A stretch of DNA of 57,048 bases from an uncultured Phycisphaerales bacterium (GTDB taxonomy: Bacteria > Planctomycetota > Phycisphaerae > Phycisphaerales > SM1A02), in NCBI GenBank assembly GCA_938084645.1, contig CALKEP010000049.1, forward strand, positions 1 to 57,048. The letters run 5' to 3'. Positions 41,390 through 51,182 of the stretch are shown here, in pieces. Within the stretch, counting starts at the first letter, position 1, and each line of letters opens with the position of its first letter. A model generated the notes under the pieces. It saw nothing but the letters and a program-made list of their open reading frames with translations, did no database searches and had not been told where the DNA came from. The position numbers and the translations under genes were made by a program.

Positions 41390-42559
41390 TCAGGCCGGCA
41401 CGTCGAAGACGAGGACCACGTACGCGAGAAAGAGGAGGGTGTGGATGGCACCCTGTAGAACGGTACTCCGTCCGCTCCCGAAATTCACCATCGCGGCGAG
41501 AATCGTGGTGACAAGAAGCACCAATTCGACGTTTTCAAGTCCGAGTTCGACCTTCTTCCCCGTCACGAACCCGATGATCAGCACGGCGGGGATGGTCAGT
41601 CCGATCGTGGCGACCGCCGACCCCAACGCGATGTTGACGGTCCGTTGAAGACGGTTCGCCATCGCCGCCCGAACCGCGGCCATCGCTTCCGGCGAAAGCA
41701 CGAGGATCGCGACGAGGAATCCGCCGAGCGCCGCCGGCGCTCCGAGCGCCGCGGTCCCGTGGTCGACCACCAGCGCCATCTTCTTGGAGAGCAGCACGAT
41801 CGGGAGCATGGTGAGGACGAGCAGGATCGAGTGGTAGCCGACGCTGATCACCTCGACCCCCGCGTGATCGTCCTCCCCCGCGTCGTCCTCCCCCGCGGCG
41901 GCGCCCGGATCGCCTTCCGGCGTGGGAGGCTGCTGGAAGTCATGACGCTGCTGCGCCGATTGAAGCCCGAGGAACACGCCGTAGAGGACGACCGACATCA
42001 GGATGAGGAAGGTCGCGAAGAGCGGCGAGGCGGACGCGTCACCGGTCGATTCGGTGAACCGTGGAATCACCAGTCCCATGGCGGCGAGCGGAATGAGCAC
42101 CCCGAGATAGGCCGCCGCGCTCTTCAGGTTGAAGACCTGTTCCCGGTGCCGGAGCCCACCGAGGACGAGCGTCAGCCCGAACATCCCGTTGAGCACGATC
42201 ATGAGGACCGCGAACATCGTGTCCCGGGCGAGGGCCGGCATCTCCTCGCCGGTGACCATCACCGCGGAGATCATCACGACCTCGATGCTGATCACCGCGA
42301 GGGTCAGGATGAGGGTGCCGAATGGTTCCCCCAACCGGACCGCCAGACCGTCGGCGTGGCGGACCACGCCGAACGACGCCCAGAGCATCACCGCGAAGAG
42401 CCAGGCGAACATGAAGGACGCCCACGCCGGATTCGCGAGGTCACCGAGCCAGCCACCGCCGAAGATCGTGAAGATCACCACCGAGACGATGCCGACGAGC
42501 AGGGACGCCTCGCGTCGGGCGAGGATGTCGGGACGCCAGGGACTGCGTTGCGATCGCAT
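41390..42559 (-). CDS. chaA: Ca2+/H+ antiporter (ChaA/CaCA family)
   Basis: VVRHAD.LA..LGEPFGTLILTLAVISIEV, LARDTMFA, LSPEA, NIALGSA.ATIGLTIPAV; acidic central loop. Confidence 0.9.
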   Translation of the reverse strand: MRSQRSPWRPDILARREASLLVGIVSVVIFTIFGGGWLGDLANPAWASFMFAWLFAVMLWASFGVVRHADGLAVRLGEPFGTLILTLAVISIEVVMISAVMVTGEEMPALARDTMFAVLMIVLNGMFGLTLVLGGLRHREQVFNLKSAAAYLGVLIPLAAMGLVIPRFTESTGDASASPLFATFLILMSVVLYGVFLGLQSAQQRHDFQQPPTPEGDPGAAAGEDDAGEDDHAGVEVISVGYHSILLVLTMLPIVLLSKKMALVVDHGTAALGAPAALGGFLVAILVLSPEAMAAVRAAMANRLQRTVNIALGSAVATIGLTIPAVLIIGFVTGKKVELGLENVELVLLVTTILAAMVNFGSGRSTVLQGAIHTLLFLAYVVLVFDVPA

Positions 42560-42708
42560 GAGATGCTCGCTCGAAGATCGTTACGGTCGATCCTCACGAC
42601 GTCCGGAAGGATCGCCGCGCGATCCATGCAGATGATATCGGATGCGACGACCATCTCCATGAAGTCGATTCGGCCGGGCTTCCCCGGCGGACGTCCGAGT
42701 CGTTCCGC

Positions 42709-42714
42709 TAGGCT
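42709..42714 (+). promoter_or_regulatory. -10 box TAGGCT, 6 nt before the ade ATG
   Basis: TAGGCT-GGAGAC-ATG; the GGAG is too close to the ATG to act as an SD. Confidence 0.55.
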
Positions 42715-42720
42715 GGAGAC

Positions 42721-44358
42721 ATGAAGACCCTGAGACACCGAGTCGTGGATCTCCATGCCCGTCGGATCCTTCCCGCCGAAGTCGAGATCGTCGACGGCCG
42801 GATCGAAGCGGTCCGCCCGCTCGAGTCCGATGCTTCCGTCGCGCCCGGCGTTCTGCTGCCCGGCTTCGTCGACGCCCACGTCCACGTCGAGAGCAGCATG
42901 CTCCCCCCCGCCGAATTCGCCCGCGTCGCGGTCCGTCACGGCACCGTCGCGACGGTGAGCGATCCGCACGAGATCGCCAACGTTCTCGGCGAAGCGGGCC
43001 TGGACTTCATGCTGGAGGACGCCGCCCGCGCCTGCATCCCGATCCACTTCGGCGTCCCGAGTTGCGTTCCCGCGACCGACTTCGAGACCGCGGGGGCGAA
43101 TCTGGACTCGACCACGGTCGCTCGTCTGCTCGAAGACGACCGATTCCACTATCTCTCCGAGATGATGAACTGGCCCGGGGTCCTGCACGGGGACCCGGAG
43201 GTGGTGGCCAAGATCGCCGCCGCGAAGCGGATCGGAAAACCCGTCGACGGCCACGCTCCCGGTCTCCGGGGCGAGGACGCGGTTCGATATGCCGGCGCCG
43301 GCATCACCACCGATCACGAGTGCTTCACGCTCGAGGAGGCAAGGGACAAGGCGAACGCCGGCATGAAGATCCTGATCCGGGAAGGAAGTGCGGCCCGCAA
43401 TCTCGACGCGATCTGGCCGATCCTGAAGGAGTTCCCGCACCTGGCGATGTTCTCGACGGACGACGCCCACCCCGACGACCTGCTGACGGGGCATCTCGAC
43501 CGCGTGGTCGCCCGATGCGTGGCCCATGGCGTCGACGTGTTCGACGTGCTCCGGGCGGCGTGCGTGCACCCGGTCGAACATTACGCACTCGATGTCGGAC
43601 TCCTGCGTGAAGGTGATCGCGCGGACTTCATCCTCGTCGACGATCTCGTCGACTTCCGCGTTCGCCGGACCTGGATCGGCGGCGAGCTCATCGCCGAAGA
43701 CGGGGTCTGCACCGTCCCCGGAGCCGCGGTCACCACGCCGAACGTGTTCCGTGAAGCCCGGTTCGAGCCGAGGGAATTCGAGATCGAGGCGGACGTGCCC
43801 GAGGCGAGGGTCCGGGTCATCGAGGCCGAGGACGGCGAGCTCGTCACCGGCGAGTCGATCGCCACCCTCGCCACGCAGGATGGCGTCCTCCAGGCGGATC
43901 CGGAGAACGACGTGCTGCTGGTCGCGGTGTGCAATCGATACACGCCCGCCCCGCCCGCGGTCGCGTTCATCCGAGGATTCGGCCTTCGCCGGGGCGCGAT
44001 CGCGAGCAGCGTGGCCCACGATTCACATCAGGTCATCGCGGTCGGGACGAGCCCGGCCACGGTCGCGACGGCGGTGAACGCGGTGTTCGAGCGGCGCGGC
44101 GGACTGGTCGCGATCGACGGCGATCGATCCGCGGGACTGTCGCTTCCGATCGCCGGGCTGATGAGCGACCGTCCTGCCGAGGAGGTCGCGGCCGGATATG
44201 AAGCGGTGAGTGGAATCGCCCGAGGCCTCGGTTCGACGCTGCAGGCCCCCTTCATGACGCTGTCGTTCATGGCCCTGCTGGTCATTCCGAGTCTGAAGAT
44301 CGGGGACCGGGGACTCTTCGACGGCAGTGCATTCGAATTCACACCGGTTCGACGCTGA
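42721..44358 (+). CDS. ade: Adenine deaminase
   Basis: PGFVDAHVHVESSM, DPHEIANVLG, DGHAPG, TDHEC, IREGSAARNL, SSVAHDSH, PFMTLSFMAL.VIP.LK. Confidence 0.95.
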   Translation: MKTLRHRVVDLHARRILPAEVEIVDGRIEAVRPLESDASVAPGVLLPGFVDAHVHVESSMLPPAEFARVAVRHGTVATVSDPHEIANVLGEAGLDFMLEDAARACIPIHFGVPSCVPATDFETAGANLDSTTVARLLEDDRFHYLSEMMNWPGVLHGDPEVVAKIAAAKRIGKPVDGHAPGLRGEDAVRYAGAGITTDHECFTLEEARDKANAGMKILIREGSAARNLDAIWPILKEFPHLAMFSTDDAHPDDLLTGHLDRVVARCVAHGVDVFDVLRAACVHPVEHYALDVGLLREGDRADFILVDDLVDFRVRRTWIGGELIAEDGVCTVPGAAVTTPNVFREARFEPREFEIEADVPEARVRVIEAEDGELVTGESIATLATQDGVLQADPENDVLLVAVCNRYTPAPPAVAFIRGFGLRRGAIASSVAHDSHQVIAVGTSPATVATAVNAVFERRGGLVAIDGDRSAGLSLPIAGLMSDRPAEEVAAGYEAVSGIARGLGSTLQAPFMTLSFMALLVIPSLKIGDRGLFDGSAFEFTPVRR

Positions 44359-44374
44359 CCCCGGAGGCGCTCCC

Positions 44375-44737
44375 ATGATCTTCGACATCCTCAGCGGGCT
44401 CCTCGCCCTCGCGATCGCCGCCCTCCTCGTCGGCCTCGTGCTTCAGCTGTCGTCGAAGATCATCTGCAAACAGGCGGTCGAGTTCGGTGACGCGTGGAAG
44501 ACCGCCTTCTTCGGGCTGATCGGCTCGCGGCTCGTCGACGCGGGACTCATGGCGTCGTCCCTCGAATCGATGTGGTTCCTCGAACTCGCGGCCCAGTTCG
44601 TCCTCTGGACGATCCTGATCTCGGCGGTGATCGGGATCGACCTGGTCCGCTCGCTCGCGATCGCCGCGTTGATGCTCGCACTGACCTGGGGGATCCTCTT
44701 CACGCTCGCCCTGATCGGGACCATGATCGCCGCGTAG
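44375..44737 (+). CDS. Small hypothetical membrane protein (4 TM)
   Basis: GGAGG RBS; four hydrophobic segments. Confidence 0.75.
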   Translation: MIFDILSGLLALAIAALLVGLVLQLSSKIICKQAVEFGDAWKTAFFGLIGSRLVDAGLMASSLESMWFLELAAQFVLWTILISAVIGIDLVRSLAIAALMLALTWGILFTLALIGTMIAA

Positions 44738-44758
44738 GCCGAACACCCGACCGGGCGA

Positions 44759-44764
44759 TATCCT
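44759..44764 (+). promoter_or_regulatory. -10 box TATCCT, 6 nt before the rlmK-like ATG
   Basis: TATCCT-GCCTCG-ATG; no SD. Confidence 0.55.
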
Positions 44765-44770
44765 GCCTCG

Positions 44771-45769
44771 ATGCTCGGTGAACGGCTCGCCAATCGAATG
44801 CGGCACCTCGCGAAGTGGGGTCGGAAGCAGGGCATCTCCTGCTTTCGACTCTACGAACGCGACGTGCCGGAATACCCCGCGATCGTCGACTGGTACGCGG
44901 ATGAGAACGCCGAGGATCCCACCCGCGACGGCGACGCGGTCGTCTGGCTCTTCGCTCGAAAGAAGGACGACACCCTGGAGAAGGAGGTCGAGCACCGCCG
45001 GGATGCGGAGGCCGAGATCCTCGCCGGGCTGAACATTCCTCGCGAGAGAATGCACGTCAAGCACCGCGGCCGGCAGTCCTCGGGATCCGGCGAGCGGGAG
45101 CAGTACGAACGCGTGGACACCCGGGCGGCGACGAAGGTGGTCCTGGAACACGGCCTCCGATTTGAAATCAACCTCTCCGACTACCTCGATGTCGGCCTCT
45201 TCCTCGACCATCGCCCGACCCGGAAGTCGGTGCAGGATCGGGCCGGCGGAAAGCGTGTCCTCAACCTCTTCGCCTACACCGGGGCCTTCAGCGTCCACGC
45301 CCGGTCCGGGGGCGCCGCGGCGACCACGACCGTCGACATGTCGAGGACCTACCTCGAGTGGTACGAGCGCAACCTGGCCCTGAACGGCCATGCCCTCGAC
45401 GCCGACCACCGACTGATTCAGGCGGACTGTCTCCAGTGGCTCGCCGCCGGTCCGCAGGACGTCGCGGATCGATACGACACGATCATCTGCGATCCCCCCA
45501 CCTTCTCGAATTCGAAGCGCATGAAAGCGGGCTCCTTCTCGATCGACCGCGACCATCCCGCGCTGATCCGTGATCTCGCGCGCTTCGTCGCGCCGAAAGG
45601 CGAGATCCTGTTCTCCACGAACTCTCGAAGCTTCGAGATGGAGGCGGACGCCGTTCCCGGCAACTTCGGTTGCCGGGAGATCAGCAATCGATCCGTCCCG
45701 GAGGACTTCCGGAACAAGCGGATCCACCGCTGCTGGCGTCTCGCGGAAGGCTGGGAACGGCGTCGTTGA
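44771..45769 (+). CDS. Stand-alone RlmK/RlmI-type 23S rRNA methyltransferase (C-terminal half of RlmKL)
   Basis: CFRLYERDVPEY, INLSDYLDVGLFLDHR, VLNLFAYTG, VDMSRTYL, DPPTFSNSKRM, PEDFRNKRIHRCW. Confidence 0.88.
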   Translation: MLGERLANRMRHLAKWGRKQGISCFRLYERDVPEYPAIVDWYADENAEDPTRDGDAVVWLFARKKDDTLEKEVEHRRDAEAEILAGLNIPRERMHVKHRGRQSSGSGEREQYERVDTRAATKVVLEHGLRFEINLSDYLDVGLFLDHRPTRKSVQDRAGGKRVLNLFAYTGAFSVHARSGGAAATTTVDMSRTYLEWYERNLALNGHALDADHRLIQADCLQWLAAGPQDVADRYDTIICDPPTFSNSKRMKAGSFSIDRDHPALIRDLARFVAPKGEILFSTNSRSFEMEADAVPGNFGCREISNRSVPEDFRNKRIHRCWRLAEGWERRR

Positions 45770-45881
45770 CCCACCGGTCGTCGCGGACCTGCGATCATCG
45801 GAGCACGCGACGATTCGATCGGCTAGCCTCGTTTCCAAGGCCGAGATCACACGCCAAACCATTCTGCAGGGTCGACGTCGA

Positions 45882-46625
45882 ATGCCACCTGACGGACGCT
45901 TGAACGACAGCCTGGACGCTCGAACGCACGATCGATGCTGCATCGGCTGCGGGCATCCACTCCGAGGGGTCACCCGCAAGGTCTGCCCGGAGTGCGGGCG
46001 GCGCTTCGATCCCGACCTCCCGCGGACGATGGGCAAGGTCGCGAACCTCGGATTCCGCCGTGGCCTGATCGGAACCTGCCGCTTGCTTCATTGGGCGTTC
46101 CTGATCTTCGCCGTGACGATCATCCTGTACTCGGGTCTGGGCGGCCACTGGATCCTGGTCGCCATGATCGTCTTTGCCAGCCTCCCCATCATGCTCCTGC
46201 AGTTCGTCCTGCTTGCGCTCCCCATGCAGCCGATCTCCATGCGGCGACGCCTTCTGGGCTACCTCGTTCCACTCGCCGTCATCAGCGTCCCGTTGACCGA
46301 CTGGCCGATCCGGATGAACTTCAAGCTGCATCAGGCCTCGTTGCAGGCCGTCGCGGATCGAGTGGCCTCCGGCGAGACGTTTCCACGAGGGACCCGGGTC
46401 GGCATCCTTCGATTTCGCCAGATTCGGAAGGCGCGGACGCGTGAACACATCGGGTTCCAGATCAATGGGGGCGGCAACGGCGGCATGTTCTTCGTCGCGA
46501 CGCCCCCGGAGTTCGTCGGCAGACCCTCCAGCTACCAGCCATTGCGAAACCTCGGGAACGTCTGGGACAACACCAACTGGACCGTGGATCTCGGCGATGG
46601 CTGGTATCTCGTCGAACAGGATTGA
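45882..46625 (+). CDS. Hypothetical membrane protein with N-terminal zinc ribbon
   Basis: CIGCGHPLRG..CPECG followed by three TM segments; C-terminal DLGDGWYLV. Start is uncertain. Confidence 0.7.
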   Translation: MPPDGRLNDSLDARTHDRCCIGCGHPLRGVTRKVCPECGRRFDPDLPRTMGKVANLGFRRGLIGTCRLLHWAFLIFAVTIILYSGLGGHWILVAMIVFASLPIMLLQFVLLALPMQPISMRRRLLGYLVPLAVISVPLTDWPIRMNFKLHQASLQAVADRVASGETFPRGTRVGILRFRQIRKARTREHIGFQINGGGNGGMFFVATPPEFVGRPSSYQPLRNLGNVWDNTNWTVDLGDGWYLVEQD

Positions 46626-46775
46626 CGAGATTCACCGACCCGCCAGAAGGTCCGAGAACCGGAGGCTCTCCGACACGGCGAGCCTGGATGCCGCCTCTTG
46701 ACCCGATATGGGGCCTTGCGGAGCCTTTTTTGCGCGACTGAGTGGAATTGGAGGTTGCATTCCGCCGTCCCGAGG

Positions 46776-46991
46776 TATCTTCTTGAGCGGAGGCGCACGT
46801 TTGGGAACGTGCAACGAGTGAAAAGGGACGTCGAACGTGTGTTCGACGTGGCTTTTCGTCGTTCCGTTCCCACAGTCTCCCTCCCAGAAGACCTGCTGGA
46901 CGCACGCGAAGCCGATTCGTACCCCATGGTGCGACGGTGTCGTCGCATCACGTTCGACCGTTCCGCGGACGGTTTCAAGGAGATTCAAGAG
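46776..46991 (+). promoter_or_regulatory. Putative promoter (TATCTT) and long structured 5' leader
   Basis: TATCTT at 46776-46781, then hairpins at 46795-46812, 46814-46862, 46927-46950 and 46957-46973, then AAGGAG RBS. Confidence 0.45.
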
Positions 46992-47603
46992 ATGAAGAAT
47001 CTGACTCTTGCCAGTGCTGCAGTCCTCTGCATGGCCGGCGTCGCCACTGCCGATTACCAGATCGACAACGGCGAGTTCAACACCAACATCGGCGTGCCCG
47101 GTGGTCCCATCACCTGGGGCAATGCGTTCGAAACCACCAACACCTCGCTCGAGAACATCGCGTTCGGCTTTGGTATCAACCAGGGTGGCACGATGGTCGG
47201 GGAAGAGATGGCTTGGGAGGTCTTCGGCGCCCAGGGCAACAACCCGACGTTCCTCACGTCGCTCGCGGGTGGTCTTCACACCATCGAGAACGACGACTGG
47301 GGCTCCAATGGCCAACTCGACGTGATCAGCGTCAACGTCGACCTCACCGGGTATTCCTGGTTCTTCATCGTCGGCAGCTACAACGACCTCACCGGCACCA
47401 CCTTCGCGGCCGCGCAGGCCAGCAACGTGACGCTGCAGTCGTGGGCCGCGGTCGCCGGAACCCCGGCGGACATCGCGGGCGGCGCCCTGATCGACGATTT
47501 CGGTCTGCCCGGCACCTGGGTCATCCGCGGCAACGTGCCCGCTCCGGGTGCGATCTGCCTGCTCGGCCTCGCCGGTCTCGCCGGTCGTCGTCGTCGCGGC
47601 TGA
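46992..47603 (+). CDS. Secreted PEP-CTERM-like sorting-domain protein
   Basis: AAGGAG RBS; signal MKNLTLASAAVLCMAGVATA; tail VPAPGAICLLGLAGLAGRRRRG. Confidence 0.9.
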   Translation: MKNLTLASAAVLCMAGVATADYQIDNGEFNTNIGVPGGPITWGNAFETTNTSLENIAFGFGINQGGTMVGEEMAWEVFGAQGNNPTFLTSLAGGLHTIENDDWGSNGQLDVISVNVDLTGYSWFFIVGSYNDLTGTTFAAAQASNVTLQSWAAVAGTPADIAGGALIDDFGLPGTWVIRGNVPAPGAICLLGLAGLAGRRRRG

Positions 47604-47647
47604 ACGCTTCAACCCTCGTTCTTCGAGGGGTGAGAGATGATCGATGC

Positions 47648-47686
47648 ACCGAGGGGACCCGTCACGGGTCCCCTCGGTCTCGTTTT
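47648..47686 (+). terminator. Intrinsic terminator
   Basis: ACCGAGGGGACCC / GGGTCCCCTCGGT perfect stem followed by CTCGTTTT. Confidence 0.75.
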
Positions 47687-47772
47687 GCAGAGGCTAGGAT
47701 GCGAAATCGCGCGAGCGAGGCCCGTTCGCAGTCGCGTCTCGTCGCCGCTCGCCGACCGGGAAGCCCGCCTTC

Positions 47773-48441
47773 ATGAACATCGATCTCCGAACGATTCCCT
47801 GGGTCTGGATCAACGTCGATTCGGATGTCGAGAAGGCCGCGCAGATGGAATCGCTGCTCGATCGGCTCGGCATTCGAGACCGGAGCCGGTTCAGCGGCGT
47901 GACCGGAATCGCCCCGCATGCCGGCGTCAATCGGGGCGAAGAGCATTACCGCAACTGCGCCGAGAGCCACTTCGGAGTCCTGCAAGCGGCGATCGCGAAG
48001 CACACCTTCCCGATTCTGGTCCTCGAGGACGACGTCGACGTCCAGGGCTTTCCGGATGCCCCGATCGAGTGCCCGGACGACGCCGATGCCCTGTACCTCG
48101 GCACCAGCCACGGAAGCCCCGACTACCGGGCGACGCCGGTATCCGATCTCCTCTTCCGAATCGAACGCGTCTACGCGGCCCACGCCGTCGTCCACCTCAC
48201 GCGTGAATACGCGGAAGCGGTGATCGCCGACGGACGCCGCTCGATCTACGACCGCGACGAGCCCTTCGACGTCGCGCTGGCCTTCGAGACCCAGTCCCGT
48301 TTCAACGTCTACGGAATGCGGTCACCGATCTTCTACCAGAGCGATGCGAAGAACCGGGTCAACCAGTGGGAGCACATGACCCGCACGCCGCTTTCCCCTC
48401 GGGAACCGTCCGGCACCGGCAGGCCGCCGGTCATTCCCTGA
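47773..48441 (+). CDS. Glycosyltransferase family 25-like protein
   Basis: WINVD, RFSGV, CAESH, ILVLEDDV, YAAHAVV; these match the GT25 motif order. Confidence 0.7.
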   Translation: MNIDLRTIPWVWINVDSDVEKAAQMESLLDRLGIRDRSRFSGVTGIAPHAGVNRGEEHYRNCAESHFGVLQAAIAKHTFPILVLEDDVDVQGFPDAPIECPDDADALYLGTSHGSPDYRATPVSDLLFRIERVYAAHAVVHLTREYAEAVIADGRRSIYDRDEPFDVALAFETQSRFNVYGMRSPIFYQSDAKNRVNQWEHMTRTPLSPREPSGTGRPPVIP

Positions 48442-48474
48442 CCGGACCCACGGCCTTCGCGACCCCGAGGGCCG

Positions 48475-50106
48475 TCAGCCGACGTATCGCATCACCGGAT
48501 ACCGGCCGGCCAGCACCATTTCGTCGATGATGAAACGCCGGATCCGCGGGTACCAGGTCAGCACCTCCCGCTGGAAGCGGATCTGATCGCGGGCCTCGAC
48601 GTCGAGCGTCGCCTTGAACGCCCGGAAGTCGAACCCGGCGAGGCGTCCACCGATGTCGCGAGCCATGGCGTGGCACCACGATGCCGTGTCAAGATCATCC
48701 GGCGTCGCATCCGCGACCTCGCGACAGCGACGCGCCAGTGATTCAAGTTGCTCGAAGACGCCGGATGCCACGTCGTCCGACAGTCCGAAGGAGTCGGAAA
48801 TGACGGGAAGCGACGCCTCGCCGTTTCGGTCGAAGTGGAGCCGGGATCCGACTTCTCCTGCGATCATCGCGCCGACCAGGGACGCCGCGGCCTGTTCCGG
48901 CAGATCGGGGCGATGTCCGGACGTCGCCGGCCGGTGGAGCACGCGGGCGGGGACACCCTGTCCGTAGGCGAGCGGACGGCTGATCGCCGCGGACAGCGGT
49001 CGCAGGAGATCCCCCACCAGCTCGTTGTCCGATCGATAGCTGGTCCGAACGGTGTGATGCGGGTTCCGAAGCGAAATCCGGTCGTCGGTGAGAAACCACC
49101 ACGGAAAATGATCCAGCCCGGGACAGAGCCACCTCGCCAGGCAGGACGAGACATGCGTCTCGGAACCTCGAAAGGCGAACAACCGGTTCTCACCCGCGGA
49201 GATCGTCTGATGCTCGACCGGCTTCCCGCGGTTCGCGATGGTGGCGTCGACGATCGCGACCGTCCGGAAATCCGGAAGCCCGTACTCGGTGATCGCGACC
49301 GCCGCGATCTCCACGTCCTGCGAGCGACGCTCCTCCACCAACTCCCCATGATCCACCGTGAATCGGCCGCTCTCACCGGATCGAGACAACCGCTCGAACG
49401 CCAGGTTCATCGTGTTGTGACGAAGATCCGAAACCGGTACCGCGCCCCAGCCCGACTCGCGAAGCGATCCCACGGTGCGGCCGATCGGTTCGAAGATCGA
49501 TCCGATGCGATTGGGTCGCATCGTGATGCGCCCTCCGAGCTCGGAGAACCGATCCGACGCGTGCAGGATCTGACTGTTCTCGAAGGGCCCGGGCAGTCGA
49601 TCGTCGCACCCCTCGAGAAACGGTGCCGTCTCCGGGACGGTGGTGTCGTCATCCATCGAAAGGACCCGCCCCAGCAGGGGCAGCTCGGTCGCGATGCGAC
49701 TCTGCGCGTAGCCGCAACGAAGCAGGAAGTTCTCGAGAATCCGCTCCGGCGGGCGGAGACGCTCGCGAACCACGCGGGCGACCTCCGTCCTGGTCTCGAG
49801 ATCCTGAAGGAAGATCTCGGGCCGCTGAACGATCGGCCGACCGGCGTGCTCGATCGCCCAGCCGATGCTCGCGGCCTTCGACTCGATCGGACAGTCGAGG
49901 GTCTGATCCCCGATCATGATCCGGGAGTCCTCCGCGAGCCCTTCCGCCTCGAGCCGGCTGGTGACGCTGTGAATCCAGCGCCCGAGATCACCGGGCGGTT
50001 CTCCCGTCAGGCTCCGCCACCGGCCGCGGGTGGGGCAGCAGATCGTTCGGGACGCCTCCTCGGCGGGGAGCGTCGAACGCTCGAATCTTCCTCCGCATCG
50101 CTTCAT
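48475..50106 (-). CDS. Hypothetical protein with GT-A fold-like motifs (alternative start 50154)
   Basis: ICCPTRGR start motif, IMIGDQT, GYAQSR, VLSMDDDT (DxD-like), RSDNE. Confidence 0.55.
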   Translation of the reverse strand: MKRCGGRFERSTLPAEEASRTICCPTRGRWRSLTGEPPGDLGRWIHSVTSRLEAEGLAEDSRIMIGDQTLDCPIESKAASIGWAIEHAGRPIVQRPEIFLQDLETRTEVARVVRERLRPPERILENFLLRCGYAQSRIATELPLLGRVLSMDDDTTVPETAPFLEGCDDRLPGPFENSQILHASDRFSELGGRITMRPNRIGSIFEPIGRTVGSLRESGWGAVPVSDLRHNTMNLAFERLSRSGESGRFTVDHGELVEERRSQDVEIAAVAITEYGLPDFRTVAIVDATIANRGKPVEHQTISAGENRLFAFRGSETHVSSCLARWLCPGLDHFPWWFLTDDRISLRNPHHTVRTSYRSDNELVGDLLRPLSAAISRPLAYGQGVPARVLHRPATSGHRPDLPEQAAASLVGAMIAGEVGSRLHFDRNGEASLPVISDSFGLSDDVASGVFEQLESLARRCREVADATPDDLDTASWCHAMARDIGGRLAGFDFRAFKATLDVEARDQIRFQREVLTWYPRIRRFIIDEMVLAGRYPVMRYVG

Positions 50107-50421
50107 CGCGTCCTGCTCCGAAACACCGGGATGTCGAGGACGCTTCTCGGGCACTTGACTCGACGCCGCATCCCGTGCATCCCGAGGAGATGCACGTTCG
50201 ATCCTCGAACCCGCCGTTCTCTTCCCGGTGTTGGTCGATCCATGACTCTTCCGATGCAGCGATTGCGTTCGGGACGTCGTTCCGGGTCCGCACGAACGAC
50301 TCGACGACTACCGGCGTTTCCGAAGGATCATCGTACCGGTTGGCGGAGCGCGTTCAAAACCTCATCCCCCCGACGATCCGATTCAGGTTGTTTTCGGACA
50401 TCGCGGGGAATCGCCGGCCGA

Positions 50422-51141
50422 TCAGGAGCACGGGCCCCAGGCCGCGAAGAGCATGCCGAGGTCCACTCCGTCGACGATGCCGCTGCCGTCGAAGTCGGCC
50501 TCGCAGGCGTCACAGCGGCCCCACTCCGTGAAGAAGATCCCGAGATCGCCTCCGTCCGTGGCGCCGTCACCGTTGAGATCCGTCGGACAGGCATCCGTGA
50601 CGTGGAACTCGTAGGTGACGGAGTAGGTGACCTGCCCGCCGCCGAAGAAGTCGATCACGTCGGCCGGGTCCTCTTCGAGGACGAGTTGCGCCACGCCGAT
50701 GAGTTCAATGGTCCCTTCGCCGATCCAGGGCTCGATCTCACGGGGATCCTCCAGCACGAGTTCCGCCGAGTCCTCGTCGAGATACAGGATCGCGAAGGGA
50801 TCGTCACCGTTGTCGAGCACGTCCGAGATCATCGTCGCCGTCTCGGCGAACGGTGCCTCCCCGGGATGGCCGTAGTCCGCGGTGAGCCGGGCTTCGACCT
50901 CGACGAATCCGCCCGAGCCGTTGGTGACCGCCTCCGCGATCAACAGGGTGTTGAACTGCAGCGTCACCGAGTCCAGCACCCGGGTCCCGTCGAGGGTGTC
51001 GAAACGATCGAGCACGATCAGATGTTCGGTGGGCGGACCCGCTTCACCTTCCAGTGATCCCTCCTGCACGATCACGTCACCAGAGGCCGGGCCGGCGACG
51101 ACCACGAGGAGCACGAGTCCGACGTTTCGAAGGATGGGCAT
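50422..51141 (-). CDS. Secreted protein with choice-of-anchor-E-like domain and C-terminal dockerin-like repeat pair
   Basis: GAAAGG RBS; signal peptide; RFDTLDGTRVLDSVTL; CPTDLNGDGATDGGDLGIFFTEWG and ADFDGSGIVDGVDLGMLFAAWGPC. Confidence 0.8.
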   Translation of the reverse strand: MPILRNVGLVLLVVVAGPASGDVIVQEGSLEGEAGPPTEHLIVLDRFDTLDGTRVLDSVTLQFNTLLIAEAVTNGSGGFVEVEARLTADYGHPGEAPFAETATMISDVLDNGDDPFAILYLDEDSAELVLEDPREIEPWIGEGTIELIGVAQLVLEEDPADVIDFFGGGQVTYSVTYEFHVTDACPTDLNGDGATDGGDLGIFFTEWGRCDACEADFDGSGIVDGVDLGMLFAAWGPCS

Positions 51142-51182
51142 GATCGACCTTTCGCAGTGGGTGATCCGGATTCCGACGGACA

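Noticed and set aside
48748..51057. 769-aa plus-strand ORF
   Set aside because: Arg-rich shadow spanning two minus-strand genes and their intergenic region.
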